64,000 nt of DNA. Origin: an uncultured Acidobacteriota bacterium. Its GTDB lineage: Bacteria; Actinomycetota; Acidimicrobiia; Spongiisociales; ZC4RG35. The stretch spans positions 300,367 through 364,366 of the forward strand of contig CAVVMG010000001.1 in assembly GCA_963749415.1 (NCBI GenBank), written 5' to 3'. The position numbers were made by a program, and so were the translations under genes. Of this stretch, positions 8,662 through 19,529 are shown in pieces. Below the pieces are notes generated by a model that was given only the letters and a program-made list of their open reading frames with translations, did not search any database and was not told the DNA's origin. Every line of letters begins with the position of its first letter. The stretch's first letter is position 1.

Positions 8662-11538
8662 TCAGCCGAAGCGGGGAGCCATTGCCTCCACGGAGCCGGC
8701 GATCGTGTTGCGGGCCTCGTCGATGAGTCGCTGCGCCTCCTCCACAAAGCGCTGGTACTCGGAGAGGTTCCCGTCGCGTAGGGCATCATCGGCGTTGGCG
8801 AAGGCTTCGGCGGCCTGATCCAACAATTCTTCGACCGTTCCCCCACCCGGTGTCGGCCCCGGTTCCGACGGCTCACCGTCTCCGAAAACCAGGTCGAGGG
8901 CGCCCTCCAAAGTGGAGGACCACTCCACCTGATCGCCGTAGACCACGATGACCCTCTGGAACTCGGGAAAGCCCCCACCTTCGGCCTGGAGGAAGATCGG
9001 CTGGACATAGATCACCGATCCCTCGATCGGCACCACCAGCATGTCCCCCTTGATCACCTGCGACCCCACGTTGTTCCACAACGTGAACTGCTGGGAGATC
9101 GTGGGATCCTGCTCGATCCGTTGCCCGACCTGCTCGGTGCCGTCGACCAGCTCCCCCTGGGGCATTCGAAAGTCGATGAGCCGCCCGTAGCGGCCGGGCG
9201 TCGAATCGGCCACCAGAAAACTGGCCATGTTCTTCTTGGTGGAGGGGGTGAACGGTTGGAGCAGGAGATAGGAGAGGTCGGTCTCCCCCGGGATCGTCGT
9301 CAACAGGTAATACGGGAGGATGTCTCTGAGATACTCGACTGTCCCTTGGAGCGCGTCATCACCACGCAAGAGCTCTGCGCCCGCGCTCTGACCCCGGGAA
9401 ATAGTCGAGGGATCCAACGGGAGATCCCACTGGTCGTTGCCGGAGAAGAGCTCGGCGAAGTCGGTGACGTGGTACTCGAGGTAGAGCTCCCCCTGGACCC
9501 GGAACAGGTCCTGGGGGTAGCGGAGATGCTCGACCAATCCCTCTGGCATCTCCGAAGCCGGCTTGAGCATGCCCGGGTAGACCTGTGACCACGCCCGGGC
9601 TATGGGGTCGCTGGGGTCGTGGAGATAGAAGGTGACATCCCCGTCGTAGGCGTCAATCACGGCCTTGACCGAGTTGCGCATGTAGTTGACCCCCGGGTCC
9701 AGCGACGTGGAAACGGGAAGTCGGCCAACCGAGCCCGGGGTTAGGGGTTGCGAGTACGGGTAATGGGTCGAGGCCGTGTAAAGGTCGAGCACCCAGAGGA
9801 TCCGGCCGTCCATGATCACCGGGTAGGGGTCGGTGTCGACGTGGAGGAACGGGGCGAGGTTGGCCACGATCTGGCGGATGTTTCGCTCCACCAGCACCTT
9901 GCTCTCCGGCTTGATCTCACCGGAGATCAACAGGTTGAGGTCGCGGTAGCGGAATGCGAATGCGATCCGCTCCCAGATGCTGCTCAGCCTCACTCCCGCG
10001 GTCCCATCGTATGAGTTGAAGGCCGTGCCCTCCCCCTCCGAGGGATAGTCGATCTCCTGAGGCTCGTCACCCGTGACCACGATCACCGGGCGCCCCGGCT
10101 CGTAGGTCTCGCCGAAATAGACCCGGGGCTGTTCCAGCTCGAGCTGATCCACGGATGCCACAGGAGGGACGTCCTGGAGCAGGAATTGGGGCTGCCCGTC
10201 CTCCTGCACCACGGCTGCGGCATTGGCGACCGCCCCCACGCCGTGGGTGTAGATCAGGCGCTGGTTCTCCCAGTCATCGCGGGGCAGCTCGAGCTCCTCG
10301 AGCTCACGAACCGCGAGCATCACCTGGCGAGGCGTTCCCTCGTCGAGATAGCGGTCGGTATCGACGACTCCGAGGTTGTAATAGGGACGGAGCTCCTGGA
10401 AGTTCTGATAGGTGCTGGGGAGGACCGAGGGCGCCCAGATCCTGAGGTTCTCCATCGTCAGCTGGTTGGCCTCGATGTCCTCCGTCGTCAGATCGTCGGC
10501 CGCGGCAAAGGGGCGGACATCGACTTGATCGAAACCCCACGCGGCGCGGGTGAACTGCAGGTTGTTCTCCAGGTAGGGGGCCTCCTTGTCCTGGGGGTCA
10601 GGCGCTACCTGGAATCGCTGCACGATAAGGGGATAGATCACGGCTGCGGCCAGGGCGACGACGACCCACGACCCGACCGCCACCCCGGCGAGGATCCAGC
10701 CCTGGCGGAAGATGTTGACGATGAACAGGACCGCGGCGACCAAAGCCACCAGGATCAGCAGCCGGTACGCCGGTAGCCGGGCCGTGATGTCGGTGAAGCC
10801 CGGGCCGAAAAAGTTGTTCCGGTCCGAGAGCAAGAGCTCGTACATGTCCAGCCGATAGACCGCAGCACGCACCAGGGCGATCAGAGCCAAGAGCACCGAG
10901 ACGTGGATCTTGGGGCCCCGGGCCACCGCGAACCGCCGCCCGTTGAAGCGGATGCCGCCGTTGAAGTAGTGGGAGACGACCACCACGATGATGGTCAGGA
11001 CCAGAGCGTTGAAGACCCAGTCGGCGATGTCAGCCCACAACGGCAACCGGAACACGAAGAAGCCGATGTCCTGGCCGAAGAAGGGAGCTTCAACCCCGAA
11101 TTCCTGGGCCTTGATGAACAGGAACACATCCTCCCGCCATGAGGCGACGGCCAGCCCGAGCAACAGGGCGAGGAACCCGGTGACCCAGAGTCGGACCTGG
11201 CGTGCCCTGGGCTCGATCCATTCCCGGAACCTCTCGATCAACTCCTCTTCCTCCGAGAGGTCGAATGGAGCCCAACGCGGGGAGAGGCGATCGGCGATCC
11301 GGAGGTTGACCCAGAGCAGGATGAACGACACTGCGATCCCGATCACCCCGAGAAGGATCGACATGCCCCATTTCCGTTGCCAGACCTCGGAGTAGCCGAT
11401 GGAATCGAACCAGAGGTAGTCGGTCCACAGCGTGCCGAGGGCGGTCAGCGCCAGGTAGAGGACGGCACCGATGACCAGGACGATCGTGAGCGGGCGGCGC
11501 CGATCGGTCGGGTAGTCCGCGGGCGCCCGGGTGAACAT
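8662..11538 (-). CDS. UPF0182 family membrane protein (about 958 aa)
   Basis: An N-terminal polytopic region (..[16 protein letters not shown]..) and a large extracytoplasmic domain, conserved along the whole length with actinobacterial UPF0182 proteins. Confidence 0.85.
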   Translation of the reverse strand: MFTRAPADYPTDRRRPLTIVLVIGAVLYLALTALGTLWTDYLWFDSIGYSEVWQRKWGMSILLGVIGIAVSFILLWVNLRIADRLSPRWAPFDLSEEEELIERFREWIEPRARQVRLWVTGFLALLLGLAVASWREDVFLFIKAQEFGVEAPFFGQDIGFFVFRLPLWADIADWVFNALVLTIIVVVVSHYFNGGIRFNGRRFAVARGPKIHVSVLLALIALVRAAVYRLDMYELLLSDRNNFFGPGFTDITARLPAYRLLILVALVAAVLFIVNIFRQGWILAGVAVGSWVVVALAAAVIYPLIVQRFQVAPDPQDKEAPYLENNLQFTRAAWGFDQVDVRPFAAADDLTTEDIEANQLTMENLRIWAPSVLPSTYQNFQELRPYYNLGVVDTDRYLDEGTPRQVMLAVRELEELELPRDDWENQRLIYTHGVGAVANAAAVVQEDGQPQFLLQDVPPVASVDQLELEQPRVYFGETYEPGRPVIVVTGDEPQEIDYPSEGEGTAFNSYDGTAGVRLSSIWERIAFAFRYRDLNLLISGEIKPESKVLVERNIRQIVANLAPFLHVDTDPYPVIMDGRILWVLDLYTASTHYPYSQPLTPGSVGRLPVSTSLDPGVNYMRNSVKAVIDAYDGDVTFYLHDPSDPIARAWSQVYPGMLKPASEMPEGLVEHLRYPQDLFRVQGELYLEYHVTDFAELFSGNDQWDLPLDPSTISRGQSAGAELLRGDDALQGTVEYLRDILPYYLLTTIPGETDLSYLLLQPFTPSTKKNMASFLVADSTPGRYGRLIDFRMPQGELVDGTEQVGQRIEQDPTISQQFTLWNNVGSQVIKGDMLVVPIEGSVIYVQPIFLQAEGGGFPEFQRVIVVYGDQVEWSSTLEGALDLVFGDGEPSEPGPTPGGGTVEELLDQAAEAFANADDALRDGNLSEYQRFVEEAQRLIDEARNTIAGSVEAMAPRFG

Positions 11539-11592
11539 GGGAGCCGAGGGTAACTGCTGGCGAAACTTGGAGAAGCTGGCTTTGGCGGCGGT

Positions 11593-13398
11593 TCAGACTG
11601 CGACCAGGGTGCACCCGCACCCGGCGTGGATGGGCGGGAGATTCGCGGCCGGCTCGGACGAAGCCTCACTGCAAGCCGAACAGGGGGTGCCGGCGGAAAC
11701 CCATTCCAATCGAGCGTCTGCACCCACCGATTCTGTGATCCCGCTGTGATACCCACGCAGAGCCAGCTCCCGGATCCTTCGCTCCGCCTCATCGGAGCGC
11801 CAACCCCTGAACACCCGGGAGGCTGCGGACTGCCTCTCCCGAAGACCGGTGCCGGCCTCGGTCAGCGCCCCATCGATCGCATTGGCCAACGCGGCGCCGA
11901 AATCGTCTGCCGCGTCCGAGTGCGGAGTGTCTGGCCGCTTCAGCCGCTCCCCCGTCATCTCCTCGGCCACTGCATGTCCCGCGGCATAGCTCTCGGCCCA
12001 CAACCCGATCAGGTCGGCGCGCATGGTGTCTGCCAAGCTCTTCTCGTCCGGGCCCCAGCTCTCGTCGGTGCGCAGGCTGTCGAGGGCCACGTTCTGCGCC
12101 TCGGTCACGGCCTTCTTCACCCCGCGGAGGGCGCGATTGCTGATCGGCAGGAGCCGGACCTCCCTCTCCTCGATCCACCCCGTCGTCTCCGCGTCGGAGG
12201 ACTCGCTGTCCGCCATTTCCTCGGCCACCGCGGGCAGCGGCGACGGCTCGGGGCTCACGCCGTCTCCTGGCTCCGAGCCGCGCAGGGATGCGAAGAGGGC
12301 CCCAACGTCGTCTGCCCGGGGCTGGGCCCAAGTCGGCACGTCATGACTGTCGGGGGCGGATTCCTCCTCCGGAGCAGTCTCCTCGGGGATGATCTCGACC
12401 TCCGGCTGGATAGTCGCCTCGTCGGGCTCACCTAGCTCGATCGGGGCCGGTTCGGGCGTTGGCTCGGGCTCGGAACGCTGTTTGATCCTGGCCACGTCGT
12501 CGGCGACCTCGTCGGCGAGGGGCTCCGGTCCTTCACCCCCACCCGGCTGACCCCGCTGGATCACTCGCACCGTTTCTCCGGGCTCCCAGGTCAAAGGCGG
12601 GGATTCCGGCTCACGGCGGGTGCCGATCACCCGAACGCTGCTTGTCGGCTCCGGTAGGTGCTCGATGCCCTCCCTCCGCTCTTCGAGCGTCGTCTCCAGC
12701 CGGGTCAGTGTGGCGCGGGCGTGCTCCAACTCCTCTAGGAGCTCCTCACGACGCTCCTCCAAAGCCCGGGTTCGCTCCTGGGCGGCCTCGGCGGCCCGAT
12801 GGGCCTGTTCGATGATCTCGTCATGCCGTTTCGTGGCCTGAGAGGACATCTTCTCTGCATCCATGCTCGCTACACGGATGGCCTCTTCGGACTCGCGGCG
12901 CGCCGCCGAGGTGAGCCGATGCGCTTCGCGCTCGGCCTCTCCCATCACCGTGAGCACATCACGCTCCGCGTTTTGGCGCAGCTGTCGGAGCTCGGCCAGC
13001 GTCTGGTTGAGGAGCTCGGTGCCGGTGGCCCAGGCATCACCACGCAGGGCCTCTGCGTCGCTGCGCGCCTCCTTCACCGTCGTCTCGGCTTCGGCCATCG
13101 ACTCCGCTCGCCACTGCGCGGCATCGAGGCTTGCCCTCTGCCTCATCGACTCGGCGGCTTCCCGGGCCGCCTGGAGCACCGAAGCCACTTCCCGCCCGAC
13201 GTTGTCGAATTCGGAGGCCAGGTCGCGGTCGGCGTACTCCCCGAGCCGGGCATTGAGGCGTTCCCTTTGCTCCCGAAGCTTCTCTATTTCTGCTGCGAGG
13301 GCCTCGATTCGTTGGGTCACCTCGCCCGGATCGAATCCTCTCAGGACCGTGCGGAACTGAGCGCGATAGATCTCCCCGGCAGCGACGTCAGGTTCCAT
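11593..13398 (-). CDS. DivIVA-domain protein with C-terminal phage Mu F-like (head-morphogenesis-type) zinc motif domain
   Basis: The N-terminus FRTVLRGFDPGEVTQRIEALAAEI plus a long coiled coil are DivIVA. There is an acidic/Pro-rich linker. The C-terminus ..RIRELALRGYHSGITESVGADARLEWVSAGTPCSACSEASSEPAANLPPIHAGCGCTLVAV matches the Phage_Mu_F pattern (..W.a..D.rtCp.C..ldG......PPlHpnCRCtlv). Confidence 0.7.
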   Translation of the reverse strand: MEPDVAAGEIYRAQFRTVLRGFDPGEVTQRIEALAAEIEKLREQRERLNARLGEYADRDLASEFDNVGREVASVLQAAREAAESMRQRASLDAAQWRAESMAEAETTVKEARSDAEALRGDAWATGTELLNQTLAELRQLRQNAERDVLTVMGEAEREAHRLTSAARRESEEAIRVASMDAEKMSSQATKRHDEIIEQAHRAAEAAQERTRALEERREELLEELEHARATLTRLETTLEERREGIEHLPEPTSSVRVIGTRREPESPPLTWEPGETVRVIQRGQPGGGEGPEPLADEVADDVARIKQRSEPEPTPEPAPIELGEPDEATIQPEVEIIPEETAPEEESAPDSHDVPTWAQPRADDVGALFASLRGSEPGDGVSPEPSPLPAVAEEMADSESSDAETTGWIEEREVRLLPISNRALRGVKKAVTEAQNVALDSLRTDESWGPDEKSLADTMRADLIGLWAESYAAGHAVAEEMTGERLKRPDTPHSDAADDFGAALANAIDGALTEAGTGLRERQSAASRVFRGWRSDEAERRIRELALRGYHSGITESVGADARLEWVSAGTPCSACSEASSEPAANLPPIHAGCGCTLVAV

Positions 13399-13443
13399 CT
13401 CCCATAGAAGATAACGACCGACCGGGGTTTCGTTGTGGTTTCG

Positions 13444-14457
13444 CTAGACGGCGCCGAGGTTTTCCAGGAAGTCGAGGGCCTCGTTGAAGTCGGCGATGGG
13501 GATGATCTCGATCGTGTCCCGCTCGGCGGTCAGCGCCTGTTCGTAGTTGCCTTCGGGGACGAGGATGTACTCGGCGCCGGCTGCCTCCGCCCCCACCACC
13601 TTCTGCCGAATACCTCCGATGCTGCCCACCGTGCCGTCGTACGAGATGGTGCCGGTTCCCGCGATCACGTGCCCTCCGGTGAGCTCACCCGGGGTGAGGG
13701 TGTCGACGATGGCCAAGGCGTGCATCATCCCCGCCGAAGGACCGCCCACGCTTCCGGCCTCGATGGTGAGAGGGAAAGGTGGCTCGGTCAGCTCGCCAAC
13801 CGTGATCCCGATCATCGCCCCTTCGGGATCGTCGGGTCGAGCTGCCAGCTCGACGTCGATCGTCTGCTCGGAGCCCTCCCTGGTTATTCCCATCACCACG
13901 ACATCACCTGGCGCATGGCCGGCCAGGGCATCGGTGAGATCGGTGCCGCTAACGATCTCCACACCGTCGAGGCTGTTCACAGCGTCGCCGATCTGCAGCA
14001 CCTCGGCGGATGGGGCGTCCTCCATGAGATCGGTGATCAGGACGTCGATGGGAACCATCTCGTATCCCAGGTGATCGAGTGCGACGGTTATCGCTCGCTG
14101 CGTCGAGTCGTCCATCTGAGCCAGGACGCGGCGCCGGTACGCGTCGTCTGACTCGTCGGGCCGGCGGAATGCCTCCTTGCGCACCAGGTCGATGGTGGGG
14201 TCCAGCCCTGCGATCAACGCCTCGAACACATTCACGTCCTGGCTGACGACGGTCAGCATCAACAACTCACCGTTGGGGGGGAAGACCTCGACTTGTTCGG
14301 CGACGACTGCATCGGCGGCGTCCGACACCGGTCCCGAAGAGAAGGCCAGAAACGGAAGCTCGACATTCCAGGCGGCCAGGGCGAGGGCACCCGCGACAAG
14401 GAGGCCACCTATGAGGTATAGGGGCCAAGAAGAGCCGCGTTCTGTCTCGTCTTCCAT
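13444..14457 (-). CDS. PDZ-domain Lon-like (S16) protease, YlbL/SepM-like
   Basis: An N-terminal TM, a PDZ (..VLQIGDAVNSLDGVEIVSGTDL..) and a Lon C-terminal proteolytic domain (..GGPSAGMMHALAIVDTL..GTGTISYDGTVGSIGGIRQKV..). Confidence 0.75.
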   Translation of the reverse strand: MEDETERGSSWPLYLIGGLLVAGALALAAWNVELPFLAFSSGPVSDAADAVVAEQVEVFPPNGELLMLTVVSQDVNVFEALIAGLDPTIDLVRKEAFRRPDESDDAYRRRVLAQMDDSTQRAITVALDHLGYEMVPIDVLITDLMEDAPSAEVLQIGDAVNSLDGVEIVSGTDLTDALAGHAPGDVVVMGITREGSEQTIDVELAARPDDPEGAMIGITVGELTEPPFPLTIEAGSVGGPSAGMMHALAIVDTLTPGELTGGHVIAGTGTISYDGTVGSIGGIRQKVVGAEAAGAEYILVPEGNYEQALTAERDTIEIIPIADFNEALDFLENLGAV

Positions 14458-14539
14458 GATTTTGATCGTACCTGGGGGGTCGGGAATCAGGTCTTAGACG
14501 TAAAGTGCCAGCGACTTGGTTTCCAGGAGATAAAGATTC

Positions 14540-15136
14540 ATGGCAGCGACGGTCATCACGGAACGGGTCTTTCCCCGGACGACGGTCTCCTCGGTCCTCC
14601 TCGTGGTCTCGGCGGCGGCACTCACCGCCCTGGCCGCCCAATGGCGGATCGTCCTCCCGTTCACACCGGTCCCCATCACCGGTCAGACGTTTGCGGTCCT
14701 GCTCACCGGCGCGGCCCTCGGGATGACCCTCGGCGCCTCCGGCCAGCTGCTCTATGTCGGCCTCGGGGTTCTGGGGGCGCCGGTTTTCGCCGATGCCTCA
14801 GGGGGCTGGGACCTGGAGCGCGGGCTGGAAACCATCACCGGAGCCACTTCGGGCTACCTCTTCGGTTTCATCGTCGCTGCCGGCTTGATCGGGTACATGG
14901 CCGAGCGCCGACAGGACCGCACTTTTCCCACGATGTTCACCGCATTCCTGCTCGGGTCCGCAGTGATCTACACTTTCGGCGTCATCGGGCTGATGATCAC
15001 CGTCGACATGACCCTGACCGAAGCGATCGTCGCCGGCGTGGTCCCTTTCCTGGTCGGAGACCTGATCAAGGCGGCCTTCGCCGGCGTCCTGCTCCCCGGC
15101 GCCTGGCGCCTGGTGGGCGAGTACCCCCGGCCCTGA
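14540..15136 (+). CDS. bioY: Biotin transporter BioY (ECF S-component)
   Basis: ..LPFTPVPITGQTFAVLLTGAALG.. is the BioY signature. Six TM segments. Confidence 0.85.
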   Translation: MAATVITERVFPRTTVSSVLLVVSAAALTALAAQWRIVLPFTPVPITGQTFAVLLTGAALGMTLGASGQLLYVGLGVLGAPVFADASGGWDLERGLETITGATSGYLFGFIVAAGLIGYMAERRQDRTFPTMFTAFLLGSAVIYTFGVIGLMITVDMTLTEAIVAGVVPFLVGDLIKAAFAGVLLPGAWRLVGEYPRP

Positions 15137-15156
15137 TGCGGTCCCTGACCTGAAGG

Positions 15157-15981
15157 TCAGGCGGTCTCCAACTCCTCACCAAGGTAGGCCTTGACCACAT
15201 TCGGGTCCGCCTGGACCTCGGCAGGGGTGCCGATCGCGATCGGTTTCCCGAAATCGACCACGAGGACCCGGTCGGCGATGTCCATGACCAGGCCCATGTC
15301 GTGCTCCACCAGGAGAACGGCGATCCCCAGCTCGTCCTGGACGTCGAGGATGAACCGGGCCATGTCCTCGGTCTCCTCCAGGTTCATCCCGGCCACCGGC
15401 TCGTCGAGCATCAGGAGCTCTGGGTCCATCGCCAGGGCACGACCCAGCTCGACCCGCTTTTGGATCCCGTAGGGGAGCAGCCCGACCGGGTATTTCCGCC
15501 ACTGCTCGATCTCGAGGAAGTCGATGATGCTCTCCACGACTTCGCGGTTTTCGATCTCCTCGCGCTTGGCCTTCCCCACCCACAGGCTCCCGGCGAGCCA
15601 CGAGGTCCTCATGCGTATGTGGCGGCCGGTCAGCAGGTTCTCGATGACCGTCATGTGGGGGAACAGAGCGATGTTCTGGAAGGTGCGAGCTATGCCGAGA
15701 GCGGCCGTCTGGTTGGGCTTGAGCCCCATGAGGCTCTCCCCTTTCCAGCGGATGTCACCCTGGTCGGGGTCGTAGACCTGGTTGATCGAGTTGAAGAGTG
15801 AGGTCTTGCCGGCGCCGTTGGGACCGATGATGGCGAACAACTCGCCATCGTCGACGTGGAAGGAGACGCCGGCGATCGCCTTTACGCCTTTGAACGAGAG
15901 ATGGATGTCGTCGACCTCCAACAGGTGCTCGTAGGCCTTCGAGTCGGTGGGATCGGCGCGCCGTTCCAGGAGCTTGCTCAC
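15157..15981 (-). CDS. livG: Branched-chain amino acid ABC transporter ATP-binding protein LivG
   Basis: Walker A GPNGAGKTSLFN, ..NPNVVKAYLGEE C-terminus. The GTG start overlaps the livF stop (GTGA). Confidence 0.85.
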   Translation of the reverse strand: MSKLLERRADPTDSKAYEHLLEVDDIHLSFKGVKAIAGVSFHVDDGELFAIIGPNGAGKTSLFNSINQVYDPDQGDIRWKGESLMGLKPNQTAALGIARTFQNIALFPHMTVIENLLTGRHIRMRTSWLAGSLWVGKAKREEIENREVVESIIDFLEIEQWRKYPVGLLPYGIQKRVELGRALAMDPELLMLDEPVAGMNLEETEDMARFILDVQDELGIAVLLVEHDMGLVMDIADRVLVVDFGKPIAIGTPAEVQADPNVVKAYLGEELETA

Positions 15982-16770
15982 GAGAGCCAACGCTTTCTGC
16001 GTTTGTAGTGCTTCACATCGCGGAACGATTTCTGCTCGCCGGTGGCGTGGAGCCCGAGGTAGAACTCCTTCACGTCCTCGTCCTTGAGGAGCCGTGCGGG
16101 ATCCCCGTCCATCACCATCTTCCCGGTCTCCATGATGTAGCCATGGTCGGCGATGGAGAGCGCCATCCGGGCGTTCTGCTCGATGAGGAGCACCGAGGTT
16201 CCCTGTTTGTTGATCTCGACGATCGTGCGCCGCACCTCCTGCACCAAACGCGGCGCCAGCCCGAGGGAGGGCTCGTCGAGGATCAGAAGCTTCGGGTCCT
16301 GCATGAGCGCCCGCCCGATGGCCAACATCTGCTGTTCTCCTCCAGACAGGTAGCCGGCCAGAGCGCTGCCCCTGTCCGCGAGCCTGGGGAACAGGCTCAT
16401 CACCCGTTCCCGGGACTCCTCGACCCGGCTGCCCGTCGCGGTTGGCGTAGGCACCGGCTCGCAGGTTGTCCTCGACTGTCATCTCGGCGAAGACCCGCCG
16501 CCCCTCCATCACCTGGCTTATCCCCCGCCGCACTCGGGCCGCCGGGTCTTCGTCGGTGATGTCGTAGTCGTCGAAGTGGATCTCGCCCTTGGTGATGTCT
16601 CCCTCGTGGACTTCGAGGAGACCGGTTATCGCCCGCAGAGTCGTCGTCTTCCCGGCGCCGTTGGCTCCGAGCAGGGCGACGATCTTGCCATCGGGCACCT
16701 CGAGCGAGATCCCGCGCAGCACCAATACCACGTCGTTGTAGACGACCTCGAGGTTCTCTACCGCCAGCAA
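15978..16770 (-). pseudogene. livF: Branched-chain amino acid ABC transporter ATP-binding protein LivF, frameshifted near 16425-16435
   Basis: The N-terminal half (MLAVENLEVVYNDVVLVLRGISLEVPDGKIVALLGANGAGKTTT..AYANRDGQ) and the C-terminal half (..RVEESRERVMSLFPRLADRGSALAGYLSGGEQQMLAIGRALM..) are in different frames. The shift is at a CC/GGG run. Confidence 0.8.
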
Positions 16771-16786
16771 TTCGACCGTCCCAGGG

Positions 16787-18225
16787 TCACTCCATGTCCC
16801 GGTGGATGGGGGTGGCCCGAATTTGGGCCAGCCCTTTCACCGCTTCGATCAACTCAGGGCGAAGCAGGCCTCGGTGAACTCGAAGGCCTCGGCGATCGGC
16901 GACGTGTACATCGACTCGACAAGCGTGACGCCCGGTGGAAGTCCCACCAGCCAGACCAGCCGGATCGGGCCGTGAGATGAACTGAGCCCGCTGCACACGG
17001 TCGTTGGGCTCGCCGACATAGGTCTCATCGGGAGCCAACCCGTCGAAGGTGACCGACTCCAGCGCCTTGGCCGCCGCCAAGACCCCGGCCTGGGTCATGT
17101 CCCCGGCGTCGTATGCCGCCTGCAGGGCCTGATGCAGGATCGTGGCCTCGATCACCCCCTCGGCGTAGTAGTCGAGCGGATCTGCTCCGGCCGCAGTCAC
17201 CAGATCGCGCACCGCCTGGTTGCCCGGAGTGTCCGTGGCCCAGGGGGCGTAATACTGCGAGACGAAGAAGTTCTGCGCCAGAGCGTCCTTGATCGGCTGA
17301 GTCCGGCGCCACCAGTGCCGGGTTCCAGGTCGGGACTGGCACCGGACCACAGAGCGCCGGTGAAGCCGGCGGCGAGGGCCTGCCCGTAGATGGAGCCGAA
17401 CGGGGTCGGTGATGTGGTGATCCACACCAGATTGCGCTCCAGAGCCGGCGATCCCTCCTGCGACCTCGGCCAGAGTGGCGTCGTCCTGCGCATTGATCAG
17501 CCCAGTCCCGTCGTACACGACCTCGAGCCCGAGCGCCTCGGCTGCCAGCCGGGCCCCTGCATTGGAGTCCTCGCCGTAGTCACCAGGGCTGGAGGCGATG
17601 GCGATGGTCGTCGCATCGGGCATCTGCAGCTTGAGGTACTCGATCATGTTCATCGACTCGATGCAATAGGGCACCCCGTGAGGCACCAGATTGCTGTTGA
17701 TAGCCGGGTCCGACCAGCCCGAGTACCAGGTGAGCGGGATCGCCAGGATCCCATCCGCCTGCAGGCTTCCGTTGATCGCCACCGTCTGCGGTGACCCGGT
17801 GGAGTGACCGAAGGCCACCACCTGGGACTTGAGCTCCTCGTAGAGCTGGACATGGGTATCCACGTCGTAGCCGGTGTCCCGGGTCTCGACCTGCACCTGG
17901 AGGCCACCGATACCGCCGTTGGCGTTGACATCGGCCCAATACATCTCCTGGCCGGCGACGATCACCTGCACCAGAGGGGCAAACGGCCCACTGAGGTCGG
18001 ACAGGAGACCGACCGTGATGGTCCCGGCCTCGAGGTCGACCCCGACATCCGTTTGGACATCACCCGCTGCCGCGGCCGAAGTCGTCGACTCGGCCGGAGC
18101 CGCGTCGTGGTGCTCTCCCCGGCGGCGGCGGTGGTGGTGGTGTCCTCACCTCCGCCATCGCCACAGGCGGCGAGCACGAGGCCCAACGCCAGGAGGATCA
18201 CAGCCCATTTTGAGTTCTTCCTCAT
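16787..18225 (-). pseudogene. livK: Branched-chain amino acid ABC transporter substrate-binding lipoprotein (LivK/LivJ-like), three or more frameshifts
   Basis: Lipoprotein signal MRKNSKWAVILLALGLVLAACGDGG. The mature domain continues in a second frame (..GTITVGLLSDLSGPFAPLVQVIVAGQEMYWADVNANGGIGG..). A further pair of compensating shifts lies near 17290-17420 (..NLVWITTSPTPFGSIYGQALAAGFTGAL.. read in the third frame). The C-terminal end is uncertain. Confidence 0.7.
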
Positions 18226-18275
18226 TCCTTTCCTTTCTCCTTGTCGAGACGGCGGCGAGCCGCCGTGGCAACCGC

Positions 18276-19516
18276 TCAATAGGTGAACGGCCAACCCTTC
18301 CAGTAGTTGCGTATCCGAAGCCAGATCCCATAAAGGCCGAGGGGCTCGAAGATGAGGAACCCAATGATCAGGAGCCCGTAGAGAACGAGGTTGAGTTGGG
18401 CCACCGACAAGCCAGGGCCCACGCCGGCGAGGGTGTTGATCAGCCCGAAGTCGGTCGGTGGACGTGGCCATGAACACATCGGCAATCGAAGAGAGGAGCC
18501 CCTCCCCGGATACGGCCAGATCTTCGAGCCAAAGGGTGAAGTTCTGCACCATCCGGGGAAGCAGCACCACGAAGCCGGTGCCGAGCAGGGCCCCGGTAAC
18601 CGTGCCCGCGCCGCCGATGAGGACAATGGCAATGAACTCGACAGACAAGAAGAGGTCCCATCGCTCCGGAACCACCCGGGTGACGAAAGAGGCGAGCAAG
18701 GCGCCTGCGATCCCCGCGTAGAACGAAGAGATGCCAAACGCCAGCAGCTTGTACCCGAACTCGTCTACGCCCATGATCTCGGCGGCGATGTCCCGATCGC
18801 GGATCGACATGAAGGCTCGACCCACCCGGGTTCGCTGGAGGTTCTTGGCCAACACGGCGAAGATGGCGGCGACAACGGCCAGGAACAGAAATTGTTTGGC
18901 GAGGGCGGAGACCTCGACCCCGAACCAGGTGCTCGGCATCGTGAGATCGATGAGTGGCGGATCCTCCTTCCAGAATCGGAACTGGAGCGGGGGGAAATCA
19001 CGACCCACCTGGGCGCCGCCGGTGAGCGACGCCCAGTTGCGCCACACGTATTCCCCGATGAAGACCAGGCCCAGGGTGACGATCGCCAGGTAGAGCCCAC
19101 GCACTCTGACCGCGGTGGGCCCGATCGCCACCCCGATCAGGGCGGCCACGATCCCGGCGGCTGGAAGCCAGATCCAGATCGGAAGCCCGAGCCCGAGCAG
19201 CGGGCCGTCCTCCGGGCCCTCCGAGCCATACCGAGGTGTAGGCCCCAATCGCCATGAAGAAGGCGTGGCCAAGGGAGACCTGACCGGCGAGACCGGTGAG
19301 GATGTTGAGACCGAGGGCGCCGATTGCGTAGATCGCAGCCGTGCCCAGGAGCCGCAGCCAGTCGTCCTGACCGAGGAACTTCAAACCGGGGATCACTTGG
19401 AACGGGATGGTGAGCAGCGTCAGGGCGAACAGTCCGACCATGACCCGTTTGGTGGTGGTGTTGAGCAGCGCCTGGTCGGCCTCGTAGGAGGTGTAGAGGA
19501 GTGGTCTCCCTCTCAT
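18276..19516 (-). pseudogene. livM: Branched-chain amino acid ABC permease LivM, two frameshifts (about 19215 and about 18460)
   Basis: The N-terminal part (MRGRPLLYTSY...LGHAFFMAIGAYTSVWLGG), the middle (..LPIWIWLPAAG..FGYKLLAFGISSFYAGIAGALL..) and the C-terminus (..FGLINTLAGVGPGLSVAQLNLVLYGLLIIGFLIFEPLGLYGIW..) lie in three different frames. Confidence 0.7.
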
Positions 19517-19529
19517 ACGGCGCCCCCGC

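Noticed and set aside
15157-16770. Single 537-aa ORF covering 15157..16770
   Set aside because: It is really two genes. LivF is frameshifted in the middle, and LivG starts at the GTG of the internal GTGA at 15979-15982. The apparent fusion is an artefact of the livF frameshift placing LivG in frame.
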